Counted from the first letter of the stretch, positions 41,333 through 51,499 are shown. The stretch is DNA of 64,000 nt from Phycisphaerae bacterium (GCA_963675745.2 CAXXWX010000004.1:32001-96000), one strand, 5' to 3'. Notes: a model not told the origin generated them from the letters alone. Program-made: numbers and translations.

Positions 41333-43279
41333 ATGAGCAGCCACAAGCGAACCGCTGAAACCGAAGGCCCGACACTGTTCGACCGCCCGGCCGGTGAGAT
41401 TCCGGTGGTTTCCGTCAGTCAGGCGACATTTGTCGCGGCCGACGAAGACGTCGAAGTCACACCCGCGCCGCGCCCCGCCAAGAGCCAGCGCGACGCGGCC
41501 CCGCGCCAAAACGCGGGCTCCACAAAGCGCAATCGCAAGCCGCGGACCGTAACGGCCGAGACGCTGGCCAAGGGCCAGCGCGACATATCGGTTTCGGAGT
41601 TCTTCGCCAAAAACCGCCACCTGCTCGGATTCGACAACAAGCGCAAGGCATTGCTCACGACCATCAAGGAAGCCGTCGACAACGCGCTTGACGCGTGCGA
41701 AGAGGCCGGCGTGTTGCCCGAACTTCACGTCGTCATCGATCAACTCGCCGAAGAGCGCTTTCGGGTAACCGTGCGCGACAACGGGCCGGGCATCGTCAAG
41801 GGCCAGATACCGAACATCTTCGGCAAGCTGCTCTATGGATCGAAATTCCACCGTTTGAAGATGTCACGTGGGCAGCAGGGCATCGGCATTTCGGCGGCCG
41901 GCATGTACGGCCTTCTGACCACCGGCAAGAGCGTGCACGTTACTTCGCGCACCAGCCCGCACAAAGAGGCCCACCACTTCCGCGTTGCCATCGACACGGC
42001 CAAGAACCGCCCGGACGTGATCAAGGACGAGACTGTCGAGGTGGATTGGGAGCGCGGCACCGAGGTGACCATCGAGCTCATCGCCAGCTACTCCAAGGGC
42101 AAACAGTCGGTCGACGAGTATCTCGAACAAACCGCGATCGCCAACCCGCACGCGCTGATGTATTACAAATCGCCGATCGGGCAGCGCCGCGAGTTTCCGC
42201 GCGGCAGCGATGAGTTGCCCGCCGAGACCAAGGAAATCAAGCCGCACCCGTATGGCATTGAGCTCGGCGTGCTGATGAAGATGCTGAAAGAGGCCCGCGG
42301 GGTAAAACTGGCTGGTTTCTTGCAGCAGTCGTTCTCACGGCTGTCCCCGTCGGTCTCGCAACAGGTCTGCGCCTTGGCCGGTCTGAGTTCGCGCGCCGCG
42401 CCCAGCACGATTCCCAATCCCGACATTGAGCGGCTTTACCAGGCGATGCAATCGGTGAAGGTGATGGCGCCGCCGACCGATTGCCTGGCGCCGATCGGCG
42501 TGCGCGCGCTGCTGGCCGGACTGCTCAAGGAAGTCAAAGCGGAGTTTTTCACGGCCACGACGCGGCGGCCAGCGGTTTACCGCGGCAATCCGTTTGCCAT
42601 CGAGATTGCCCTGGCCTATGGCGGCAACGTGCCCGCCGATGGAACCGCGCGCGTCATCCGCTTTGCCAATCGCGTGCCGCTGCTCTACCAGCAGTCAGCC
42701 TGCGCCGCGTTCAAGAGCGTGCTGGAGGTTGACTGGCGCAATTACGGGCTGTCACAGCCGGGCGGCGGCCTGCCGGTCGGCCCGCTCGTAATCATGGTAC
42801 ACATGGCCAGCGTGTGGGTGCCGTTTACGTCGGAGAGCAAGGAAGCTATTGCCGACTATGACGAGATTCGCAAGGAAATGGCGCTGGCGCTGCGCGAGTG
42901 TGGGCGCAAGCTGGCGACATACGTTCGCCGCCGCCGCCGCCAGAAGCTCGAAGCCGATAAGCGCGACATTTTCACGCGCTACATTCCCGACGTGGCCGAG
43001 GCCCTGGCCAACCTGACGGGCCAGAGTGAAAGCCGTCTGCTAACCGATCTCCGCCAGGTCGCGAAAGCCCGCACGGCCGAAGCCGACGTCGTGCTCGACG
43101 AGGACGGCAAGCCCATCGAAAAGCCGAAGGACAACGGCGACCTCGACCGCGACGATTCGATCATCATCGTGCCGGAAAACGAGGCCAACGATGTGCCCGA
43201 AGCGCTGTTCAACGGCAACGGGAATGGGAATGGCGGGAAGAAGGGGCGGAAGCGGACGAAGAAGCGCGGTCGGCGTTAG
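41333..43279 (+). CDS. top6B: DNA topoisomerase VI subunit B
   Basis: ISVSEFFAKNRHLLGF, KEAVDNALDACEE, DNGPGI, SRGQQGIGIS, PHPYG, RFANRVPLLY, VPFTSESKEAIA. Confidence 0.95.
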   Translation: MSSHKRTAETEGPTLFDRPAGEIPVVSVSQATFVAADEDVEVTPAPRPAKSQRDAAPRQNAGSTKRNRKPRTVTAETLAKGQRDISVSEFFAKNRHLLGFDNKRKALLTTIKEAVDNALDACEEAGVLPELHVVIDQLAEERFRVTVRDNGPGIVKGQIPNIFGKLLYGSKFHRLKMSRGQQGIGISAAGMYGLLTTGKSVHVTSRTSPHKEAHHFRVAIDTAKNRPDVIKDETVEVDWERGTEVTIELIASYSKGKQSVDEYLEQTAIANPHALMYYKSPIGQRREFPRGSDELPAETKEIKPHPYGIELGVLMKMLKEARGVKLAGFLQQSFSRLSPSVSQQVCALAGLSSRAAPSTIPNPDIERLYQAMQSVKVMAPPTDCLAPIGVRALLAGLLKEVKAEFFTATTRRPAVYRGNPFAIEIALAYGGNVPADGTARVIRFANRVPLLYQQSACAAFKSVLEVDWRNYGLSQPGGGLPVGPLVIMVHMASVWVPFTSESKEAIADYDEIRKEMALALRECGRKLATYVRRRRRQKLEADKRDIFTRYIPDVAEALANLTGQSESRLLTDLRQVAKARTAEADVVLDEDGKPIEKPKDNGDLDRDDSIIIVPENEANDVPEALFNGNGNGNGGKKGRKRTKKRGRR

Positions 43280-43385
43280 GGGAACGTTCGGGATTGGGGG
43301 GTGTGGTTGGCGCGCTCGTCCAGTGCAGTTAGGATCGAGGTCGAGCACAGATTCGGCGGTTACCAATGCCCTTGGGGAGGTTCAC

Positions 43386-43661
43386 ATGAAAAGGGACGTC
43401 ATCGTTCGCCTGCACGGCAAGTTCGAGGAGATTGTCCGGATGTGGCCGGAGACCGGGATCGAGTTCTGGCTGGCGCGCGACCTCCAGGAGGTGCTCGGCT
43501 ACGCTCGCTGGTAGAACTTCCGCAAGGCCATCGAGAGGGCCGTAACCGCATGCCAGAACGCAGGATACGACCCATCGGACCATTGTCTTGACGTCACGAA
43601 AAAGGTCGAACTGGGGTCGGGTGCTGTGCGCGATGCGGGGGACGTCGCCTTGACGCTCACC
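43386..43661 (+). pseudogene. dinD: Truncated DinD (BRO-N-like) pseudogene with internal TAG
   Basis: EFWLARDLQEVLGYARW*NFRKAIERAVTACQNAGYDPSDH...KKVELGSGAVRD...VALT; stop at 43512-43514; similarity ends at a palindromic element. Confidence 0.8.
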
Positions 43662-43670
43662 GATGTGCAC

Positions 43671-43822
43671 TCGCCCCGAAGGGGCGCGCGTCAGCAGCCG
43701 GGGGCGCAGCCCCCGGAAACGGGCCAAACAGTTACCATCGCTCCGCCGGGGCTCGATTGTCATGGCGCGCGTTACCCGGGGGTTTCACCCCCGGCTACTA
43801 ACCCGCCGCCCCTTCGGGGCGA
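43671..43822. repeat. Composite palindromic REP/MITE-like element
   Basis: Terminal inverted repeats TCGCCCCGAAGGGGCG / CGCCCCTTCGGGGCGA; inner inverted pair AGCCGGGGGCGCAGCCCCCGG / CCGGGGGTTTCACCCCCGGCT. Confidence 0.75.
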
Positions 43823-43872
43823 AGTACTCGCGCCGGGAAGTCAGCCCCTTGCCGATGCGAGCATCCGACGGC

Positions 43873-44925
43873 TCAATTCGCGACGCAAACGCGGTGATCC
43901 TGGCGGGCGGTTACTCGACCGGCGCAGGCGGCACAGATCGCGTGAGCGCTGACCAGTTGTGCCACCAGTTCCTCCGCCCGCTCCTCCGGCACGCTCAGCA
44001 GCAGGCCACCCGAGGTTTGGGCGTCCATCAGGATGCCGAGCAGGGTCTCTTCGACGTTGTCGGCCACGTGGAGCTTGTCGCCGAGGTATGCGCGGGAGTC
44101 TTTCCACATGCGCGTCAGCACGCCGGCGCGGGCGAATTCGAGCGTATGCTCCATAAGTGGCACCGCCGATGCGTTGATCGTGATCGTTACGTCGCTGGCC
44201 TCGGCCATCTCGAACGCGTGGCCGACCAGTCCAAAGCCGGTGACGTCGGTGCAGGCGTTGACGCCGACCTTCATCGCCGCGTCGCGTCCGGGCTTGTTCA
44301 GCGCGCGCATAACGTGGATCGCCTCGGCGAGGTCGGCCTGGGGCAGTTTTCCGCATTTGGCGGCGCTGCACAGCACGCCGCTGCCGAGCGGCTTGGTGAG
44401 CACGAGCAGGTCGCCGGGCTTTGCGCCGGCGTTTGTGATATAGCGGTCCGGATGCACACGCCCGGTCACGGCCAGCCCGTACTTGATCTCGCTGTCGCGG
44501 ACGCTGTGTCCGCCGACAATCACGGCCCCGGCCTCGGCGACCGCATCATGCCCGCCGCGCAGGATTTCGCCGAGAATCTCGTAGTCCAGCACCTGATCGG
44601 GGTAGCCGACGAGATTTAGGGCCGTCATTGGCTCGCCGCCCATGGCGTAGATGTCACTCAGTGCGTTGGCGGCCGCGATGCCCCCGAACTCATAGGGGTC
44701 GTCGACCAGGGGTGGGAAGAAGTCCGCCGTCTGTACCAGGGCCAGGTCATCGGCGACACGAAAGATCCCCGCATCGTCGGCCGTGTTCATGCCCACGAGC
44801 AGATCCGGATGGTGCATCGGGGTCAGTTGACGCAGAACCTGCGCCAAGCCGCTCTGCGGCAGTTTTCCCGCTCACCCGGCACAAGACGCGTAATCGGTCA
44901 GTCGGATTTTGCGTGCCTCGGTCAT
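43873..44925 (-). CDS. selD: Selenide, water dikinase, selenocysteine-containing (UGA at codon 18)
   Basis: MTEARKIRLTDYASCAG-U-AGKLPQSGLAQVL; DDAGIF, QTADFFPP, ANALSDIYAMGG, TDVTGFGL, DAQTSGGLL; TGA at 44872-44874. Confidence 0.95.
44848..44860 (-). promoter_or_regulatory. Candidate bacterial SECIS hairpin of selD
   Basis: GCCGC-AGA-GCGGC stem-loop beginning 11 nt 3' of the UGA. Confidence 0.55.
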
Positions 44926-45033
44926 TGTTCTCAATGGAAACCGCGGATACAAGGATGCGATGATCCAAGGGGGCCATCAGTGCGCCGCCCTTGAACCTTC
45001 GATCCAGTAGACCCTCGGCCCCGACTATCTCCG

Positions 45034-45912
45034 ATGCCTGGTCAGACCTTCTCTGAGATTCGGTCACTGCTCGTGTCGGCGGGACTAGCGCCCCAGCACC
45101 GCTTCGGGCAGAACTTCCTCACTGACCTGAATCTTATGCGAAAGCTGCTCCGTGCGGCAGAGCCCCAATCCGCCGACGTTATTCTGGAGGTCGGTCCGGG
45201 TACCGGCTCGCTCACCGAGCTACTGCTGGAAACCGGGGCTTGCGTGATCGCCGTCGAGCTCGACCGCGGGCTGGCCGAGCTGCTTCGCGGTCGGCTGGGC
45301 CGGCGCGAGAACTTCACCCTGATTGAAGCGGATATCCTGGCCCACAAGCATGAGATCAACCCGGAGGTGCTGCGGCTGCTGAGCGAAAACGTCCCGGGGC
45401 CGGGCGGCGGGCGCAAACTGATCGCCAATCTGCCGTACCAGATTGCCACTCCGCTGATTATGGAACTGCTGTATTCTGATCCGCCCTTCAAATCACTGAC
45501 CTGCACGATTCAGAAGGAGGTCGGTCAGCGACTGGTTGCCGAATTGGGTTCTGAGGCGTATGGCCCGCTTTCAATCATCGCCCAGACTTTGGCGGATGTG
45601 AGCACGATCACGACAATGCCGCCGACGGCGTTTTGGCCGGTCCCCAAAGTTCACTCGGTAATGGTGCGGATTGTGCCGCGCTGCGACTCCGAGATCGGCA
45701 GGGCCGACGCACTGCCGTTTGCGAAGATCGTGCAACGCGCGTTCAGGCAGCGGCGCAAGATGCTGCGGCGTAGCCTGCGCGACTGGGACATCGCCGAGCC
45801 CGAGGCGGTTCTGGCGGAAGTGGGTGTCAGTTCAGATGCTCGTCCTGAGGCGCTCTCGCCCACGAAGTGGCGCCGGTTGTACTCATTGCTGAAGCGCTGC
45901 CGCTCTCAATGA
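45034..45912 (+). CDS. rsmA: 16S rRNA m6,2A dimethyltransferase
   Basis: FGQNFL, ILEVGPGTGSLT, VELD, ANLPYQIATP, FWPVPKVHS, AFRQRRKML. Confidence 0.95.
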   Translation: MPGQTFSEIRSLLVSAGLAPQHRFGQNFLTDLNLMRKLLRAAEPQSADVILEVGPGTGSLTELLLETGACVIAVELDRGLAELLRGRLGRRENFTLIEADILAHKHEINPEVLRLLSENVPGPGGGRKLIANLPYQIATPLIMELLYSDPPFKSLTCTIQKEVGQRLVAELGSEAYGPLSIIAQTLADVSTITTMPPTAFWPVPKVHSVMVRIVPRCDSEIGRADALPFAKIVQRAFRQRRKMLRRSLRDWDIAEPEAVLAEVGVSSDARPEALSPTKWRRLYSLLKRCRSQ

Positions 45913-46621
45913 TGTGGCTGGCCAGCTTGGCCTCCACAAAGTTGGGATTGGTTACGTCGGTATGGCCGCCGTAATAGCCGTACCGCGCCCACTCGCGGCG
46001 CCAGCGGATGTTGACGACACGGTCCTTGTGTCGCGGGGGCTTGAGCCCGACGGCGCCGGCGCCGTCCACCCCCAGCTTGCCGTCGATCGTGCCGAAGATC
46101 TTCATGGGCCCCGCCAGGATCGCGTCCTGCGGCGAGTAGTAGTTGATGATCTGCCCCTTGATGCCGCGCAGGGCGGGGTCTATGTCGTAGTTACACGAGA
46201 TGCTCCCGCTGAGCAGCAGGACGTTATCGACCTGATAGTCGTCATCTAGCCGTTCGCAGGCGAACAGCGCTACCCCCGTCCCCGCCGACAATCCAACCAG
46301 GTTGATGGGCCGGCCGGGGAATCGATCGGCGTAGCGTTTAATGGTGCGTGCCAACCGCATGCCGCCCACGCGGGCATTGAGCTTGACGGCCTGATCAATC
46401 GCCGGATTCAGCGAAATCGTCCATAGGACGCTGGCGACTTCGCCCTTGTAGCCGGCGGCCTCGAGTCCTTCGCGGATACCGCGATCGCCGAAATCGACAT
46501 TGCCCGCGCCGGGGCAGTAGAAGGTAATGCCGTTTTTTGCCTTGGAGGAGAAAGACGGACCGCACCCGGCCAGGCTGATGCCCAGCAGTCCAAGTAGAGC
46601 AAGACCCCTCGCCTGTCGCAT
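45827..46621 (-). CDS. Lipoprotein with alpha/beta-hydrolase-like nucleophile motif
   Basis: Lipobox LAGC; LVGLSAGTG (GxSxG); SPQD; GGHTD; 3' end overlaps rsmA convergently. Confidence 0.75.
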   Translation of the reverse strand: MRQARGLALLGLLGISLAGCGPSFSSKAKNGITFYCPGAGNVDFGDRGIREGLEAAGYKGEVASVLWTISLNPAIDQAVKLNARVGGMRLARTIKRYADRFPGRPINLVGLSAGTGVALFACERLDDDYQVDNVLLLSGSISCNYDIDPALRGIKGQIINYYSPQDAILAGPMKIFGTIDGKLGVDGAGAVGLKPPRHKDRVVNIRWRREWARYGYYGGHTDVTNPNFVEAKLASHIIESGSASAMSTTGATSWARAPQDEHLN

Positions 46622-46798
46622 TGCCGCGCTCCTTGTTGATGGTGCAAGCAACGATGGTTGTAAACAGCGGGTGGCCTTCGGCAGCTACCGCCCACGAAAC
46701 GTCAGACCCTGCATGATAGCGGCAGGTTAGTCCTGTGGGAAACGGCGCAGGGGTTGGGGATTGTTCGTATTGCGGGCCGTGCGTGTGGCTGGCAGTGA

Positions 46799-47197
46799 TT
46801 ATCCGTGATCGCTGGCACCGGCCTTGAATCCGCCGATGCGCAGGTTCTCCACCGGTTTCTCGTCAGGATGGACGGCGAACACCTCGACGCGCGCGATATC
46901 CTCGAAGGGGACGACGATCACGTAGGCGCCGACGTTGTAGTTCTCGTCAACGGGGACACACTCGAAAGCCAGGGCACTGCTGGTGCCGATTTCGGCGATC
47001 TCGCGCATCTCGTAGCTCAGGCCGTCCTTCAGATACAGAACGATGCGCGTCTCCAATTCGTCCATGTACTTCTGACGCCCATTGGAGCCGTTCTTGCCTG
47101 ACTTGGCATTAGGGAACTTCCGGGCTGCGCAGCGTCGCTTGGCCTCCTGGACTTGGCTGGTCAGCCCGGCTCCATGGAACCAGTCGTAATTGAACAT
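46799..47197 (-). CDS. Hypothetical protein
   Basis: RBS GAGGAG; natural-looking composition; fills the gap between neighbours. Confidence 0.65.
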   Translation of the reverse strand: MFNYDWFHGAGLTSQVQEAKRRCAARKFPNAKSGKNGSNGRQKYMDELETRIVLYLKDGLSYEMREIAEIGTSSALAFECVPVDENYNVGAYVIVVPFEDIARVEVFAVHPDEKPVENLRIGGFKAGASDHG

Positions 47198-47277
47198 GAA
47201 CGCTCCTCTGCTGTCCTGCTCTGGCCACGGCATCAGCACTTGGCTCCGTAGCACCTGCGGTAGTACTATCGTCTGGA

Positions 47278-48345
47278 ATGACGCCTGACGCGAACGCCCA
47301 GATCATTAAAAGGCTGGCGCGCGAGACCGGTTTCGATCTGGTCGGGATCGCGCGGCCGGAGCCCACCGAAACCGCGGACCATTATAGGGCGTGGCTCGCC
47401 AACGGCTATGCCGCGGGGATGGCCTATATGGCCGAGCACGCCGACATTCGCGCGCAGCCGCTTCTGATCATGCCCGCGGCGCGCTCGGTTATCTGTGTGG
47501 CGGTTAACTACAGACAGCCACAGAAGTTACATGCAACCAGCGAGGGGGCGGCGCGTCGCCCCAAAGGCGCCGGTTCAGCCGCCGGGCCGGTTGGCAAAGT
47601 GGCGCAGTATGCACGCGGCAGCGACTACCACGTTGTAATGAGGCGGATGCTCGAAGAGCTCGCCGTACGCATGCGGGACGAACTGGATGTGGCGTTTGAC
47701 CACCGCGTGTGCGTGGATACGGCTCCGATTCTGGAGCGCGAGCTGGCGCGGCGCGCGGGGTTGGGGTGGGTCGGCAAAAACACAATGGTCCTCAGCCGCG
47801 AATTGGGATCATACGTGTTCCTCGGGGAGCTTTTTACCACGCTGGACCTGCCGCCCGACGCGCCGGCGACGGACCACTGCGGCACCTGCACGCGTTGCCT
47901 GGATGCCTGTCCGACTCGCGCCATTGTGCGCCCGCGCGTGCTCGATGCCACACGCTGCATCTCATACCTGACGATCGAACACCGCGGCGACGTGCCGCGC
48001 GATCTCCACGACCGGCTCGGCACATGGGTCTTCGGCTGTGATGTCTGCCAGGATGTCTGCCCTTTCAACCAGCGGGCGCCGCGCGCCACGCACCCCGATA
48101 TCACGGCCGAAGTCGTGCCCGCCGAACTCGATCTGCACGCGCTCATTCAGCTAGGCAGCGGCGACTATCGCCGCCTGACGCGGGGTTCGGCGACGGTCCG
48201 GGCGCGTCGCGGCATGTGGCGGCGCAATGCGGTTATCGCTCTTAAGAACACGCAGCCGCGCACAGCGGCGGCCGAGCGGATGCTGGACGCGGCTCGCCGC
48301 GATGCCGACGCGCATGTGCGGCATGCCGCCGGGGGAACGCTCTGA
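47278..48345 (+). CDS. queG: tRNA epoxyqueuosine(34) reductase
   Basis: YARGSDYH, VDTAPILER, GWVGKN, CGTCTRCLDACPT, CISYLTIE, FGCDVCQDVCPFN. Confidence 0.95.
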   Translation: MTPDANAQIIKRLARETGFDLVGIARPEPTETADHYRAWLANGYAAGMAYMAEHADIRAQPLLIMPAARSVICVAVNYRQPQKLHATSEGAARRPKGAGSAAGPVGKVAQYARGSDYHVVMRRMLEELAVRMRDELDVAFDHRVCVDTAPILERELARRAGLGWVGKNTMVLSRELGSYVFLGELFTTLDLPPDAPATDHCGTCTRCLDACPTRAIVRPRVLDATRCISYLTIEHRGDVPRDLHDRLGTWVFGCDVCQDVCPFNQRAPRATHPDITAEVVPAELDLHALIQLGSGDYRRLTRGSATVRARRGMWRRNAVIALKNTQPRTAAAERMLDAARRDADAHVRHAAGGTL

Positions 48346-48541
48346 CACCGCCGGCGGTCCGGCGCCTGAAGATTCCGAGCACGCAGGCGGCCCGTGACGC
48401 CCCGGTGCCGCAAGCTCCTGACGGCGTCGCCGCCGTTGCGATTTCGGGAGGCTGGAGGACGTTTGCCGGCTACCTCTTCGTGGGTCAAACGAGTAAAGTG
48501 ACGGACTGGACAAAATGTGTTCCTCGATGTGGAGACCTGGT

Positions 48542-49657
48542 GTGCACACGCAGATAGACCTTTCAAGCCCGGACATCACGCAGGCTGAAATCGACGCGGT
48601 TGTCGCTGTTATGAAGACGCCGCGGCTGAGTCTGGGGCCGAAGGTAACCGAGTTTGAGCAGACTTTTATTGATCGTCTGGGCGTCAAGCACGCCATCGCG
48701 TGCAACAGCGGGACGGCGGGGCTGCACCTGATCTGGAAGGCACTCGGCGTGGGGGCCGGTGACGAGGTCATCACAACACCATTCTCATTCATCGCATCGA
48801 GCAACAGCGTGATGTTTGACGGCGGCCGACCCGTGTTCGTCGACATCGATCCGGCGACGTGGCAGATTGACGCGAATCTGGTTGAGGCCGCGATCACGCC
48901 GCGCACAAAAGCCCTGTTGCCGGTGGACGTATTCGGAACCACGCCGGACATGGACGCGTTGGCTGAAATTGCCGGTCGGCGTGGTCTGCGGCTGGTGGAG
49001 GACAGTTGCGAAGCGTTGGGAACGGTGTACCAGGGGCGGCCGGCGGGAACGCTGGCCGAGGCCGGCGCGTTCGGTTTCTATCCGAACAAGCAGATCACGA
49101 CGGCCGAAGGCGGGATGGTCGTGACCAACGATGACGAACTGGCCACCACGGCTCGGGCCTTGCGCAACCAGGGTCGTGACGCCGACGCGGGCTGGCTGGC
49201 CCACACGCGTCTGGGCTACAACTATCGCCTGGCCGACATCAACTGCGCGATCGGCGTCGAGCAGATGCGGCGGCTTGATGAAATCCTCGCCACGCGCGAG
49301 CGCGTCGCCGGCTGGTATCGCGAGCGCCTGAGTAGCGAGCAGCGCGTCACCATGCAGGCGGTTTTGCCAGACGTGACGCAAAGCTGGTTTGTCCTGGTTG
49401 TGCGATTGGCGGACAGCTATACACAGGATGACCGCGACGGGATGCTCCGCGCGCTGGCCGAGAGTGGCATTGGTTGCAGCAACTACTTCACGCCGATTCA
49501 CCTGCAACCGTTTTACCGCACGCAGTTAGGGTATAAGCCGGGTGACTTCCCGGTTTGTGAAGCTCTCGGAGCCCGCACTATAGCGCTGCCGTTCCACAAT
49601 TACCTGTCAGAAAGTGAAGTGGACCGCGTTGTCGCCGCTCTGCGCGAACTGCTGTAG
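48542..49657 (+). CDS. DegT/DnrJ/EryC1/StrS PLP-dependent aminotransferase
   Basis: NSGTAGLHL, GDEVITTPFSFIAS, EDSCEALG, FYPNKQITTAEGG, GYNYR. Confidence 0.93.
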   Translation: MHTQIDLSSPDITQAEIDAVVAVMKTPRLSLGPKVTEFEQTFIDRLGVKHAIACNSGTAGLHLIWKALGVGAGDEVITTPFSFIASSNSVMFDGGRPVFVDIDPATWQIDANLVEAAITPRTKALLPVDVFGTTPDMDALAEIAGRRGLRLVEDSCEALGTVYQGRPAGTLAEAGAFGFYPNKQITTAEGGMVVTNDDELATTARALRNQGRDADAGWLAHTRLGYNYRLADINCAIGVEQMRRLDEILATRERVAGWYRERLSSEQRVTMQAVLPDVTQSWFVLVVRLADSYTQDDRDGMLRALAESGIGCSNYFTPIHLQPFYRTQLGYKPGDFPVCEALGARTIALPFHNYLSESEVDRVVAALRELL

Positions 49658-49987
49658 CGGCCGAGAGCGTCGGCTTGGCGATCAAACGATGTGACGGCCG
49701 GCGCCCCGCCGGCCGCCGGGCGTCGCAGTTCGCGTGCGACCGCGCGTGATACTGCCGGCGCCGCTTTCTCGTTCCATCAACCGGCGGCGGCGGAGATGAC
49801 GGCGAGAAACAGCCTCGAACTCGTCGCGATTTGGTTGATATCCTCCATCGATTTCCCAGAAAAAGTCCAATGATCCGAGATTCTTCGCCATGCGCGGTAA
49901 GATTCAGCGCGGGTTGTGCAAATTGTGATTGTGGAACAGTGAGCCGCACGAAACGCGGCGAGTGTTCAGCAAGCGAGGGATTACAAA

Positions 49988-51499
49988 ATGGCAACCTGGC
50001 GACTGGTACTCGTGACCTGCCTCATCACCGTTTTCCATGTTGGATGCACCCCGACCGAGCAGATCCCCGTCACACTGGATGACGACGCACAGACGCAGAC
50101 CTCAAGGGATGCGGCGTCTCCCGAAGATGGGGCGGGCGGCACGGCTCCGGCGGACGATTCCGCGTCGGAGGGAGACCTTGCCGACGGGAACGGTGGCGGC
50201 GAAACATCTGACCTGCCGACGCCACAACAGCCGGTACCCGAGCAGCCGGCGTCCCCATCTGATCCCAGCGGTGGCGGACAGACTCCGGAAGACCCGGCGG
50301 CGGGGGGTGACGATCCGCCGCCATCAACACCCGACCCGGTGGAGCCGCAGCCGCCGATCGTTGACCCGCCGGCGGATGATCCGCCAGCAGATGATCCACC
50401 TGCTGATGATCCGCCCGCAGATGATCCACCTGCTGATGACCCACCTGCTGATGATCCGCCTGCGGATGACCCACCCGCGGACGATCCACCCGCTGACGAC
50501 CCGCCTGCGGATGACCCTCCCGCTGATGACCCACCCGCTGACGACCCGCCTGCTGATGACCCTCCCGCGGATGATCCCCCTGCGGACGATCCGCCGCCGC
50601 AAGATCCGCTGGCCGACCCGGTCGTGCTGGCACCGCTGTTGTTTGGTGGGGGCAGCTTTGTCACCGGCATGGCGGACCACTACGTCGAGTTCCTGGTCGA
50701 TACCGTCTTCGCAGCCAGCGCTCATAATGGCGGCGTGGTTACGCTCCACGGGACGCTCACGCAGTCGGCGGACCAGCAGTGGTCATATGACCCCGACCCG
50801 CCCGATCGCTTGGTTTCTGTGTTCTTCGGCGGACAACCGATCGAGTTTCAGATCACGCAGTTTGACGGGGACACCCAATCCGGCGCTTCGAGCGTGGCTT
50901 GGGGGCAGCACACGCTTCAGTTCAACGTCTTCCACGCCGGCGAGTGCGATCTCTATATCGATAGTGTTGCCACGCCGACTGTGCAGTACACGTCGAGTTG
51001 GCAGCGCCACATCACCGGAGAGGCGGTCATGGGCGACCATGTCCTGGACGTCGATCTGATGTACACGGGAGAACGCTATTGGGAGATCGTCGGCGTGTAT
51101 GAAGATCGCTCCGACGAGGGGGATGCCAGCGGTACGATACAGATTGGCGATGCCCTGATCACCGTTGCCGACGCTTACTTCAAGCGTCACTATCTCAGCG
51201 GGATCACGGTCCTGGAGTTCTTCAGCATCGGCACGCACAGCTCGGCCCAGGTCGACGGCCTCACGTATGTGTATGACCGGAACGGGGAAAACGCCGGCGT
51301 GCGATGGGAGCTGGACGCGATGGCCGGCACCGTTTACGACTTTGAGTATTGGATTTGCGACGGCGGGCTCTTTCTCGATGACCAGTTGCTGGGCAATATC
51401 GAGTTCACCGGGCCGGTGGCGCCGTACACGAAGGGCCCCGACCTCGAACTACAATTCACGAACGGCCAAACCGCGCTGCTGCACACTTTGCTTCAGTAG
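49988..51499 (+). CDS. Lipoprotein with acidic Pro-rich (DDPPA)n linker and unrecognised C-terminal domain
   Basis: Signal peptide ending HVGC; DDPPA repeats; beta-rich C-terminal region. Confidence 0.8.
   Translation: MATWRLVLVTCLITVFHVGCTPTEQIPVTLDDDAQTQTSRDAASPEDGAGGTAPADDSASEGDLADGNGGGETSDLPTPQQPVPEQPASPSDPSGGGQTPEDPAAGGDDPPPSTPDPVEPQPPIVDPPADDPPADDPPADDPPADDPPADDPPADDPPADDPPADDPPADDPPADDPPADDPPADDPPADDPPADDPPADDPPPQDPLADPVVLAPLLFGGGSFVTGMADHYVEFLVDTVFAASAHNGGVVTLHGTLTQSADQQWSYDPDPPDRLVSVFFGGQPIEFQITQFDGDTQSGASSVAWGQHTLQFNVFHAGECDLYIDSVATPTVQYTSSWQRHITGEAVMGDHVLDVDLMYTGERYWEIVGVYEDRSDEGDASGTIQIGDALITVADAYFKRHYLSGITVLEFFSIGTHSSAQVDGLTYVYDRNGENAGVRWELDAMAGTVYDFEYWICDGGLFLDDQLLGNIEFTGPVAPYTKGPDLELQFTNGQTALLHTLLQ
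50363..50599 (+). repeat. 15-bp coding tandem repeat (DPPA + 14x DDPPA + DDPPP)
   Basis: GAYGAYCCNCCNGCN units varying at synonymous positions. Confidence 0.95.

Noticed and set aside
43512..43514. In-frame TAG in dinD as pyrrolysine or stop-codon reassignment
   Set aside because: The gene is also truncated, and TAG terminates many intact genes in this window
45827..45912. 86-bp convergent overlap of rsmA and the lipoprotein gene as antisense regulation
   Set aside because: Short 3' overlaps are common, and the overlapping tail looks like an unconserved extension
50363..50599. Regular repeat array as a possible CRISPR
   Set aside because: 15-bp contiguous units without spacers, in frame within a CDS, varying at synonymous sites
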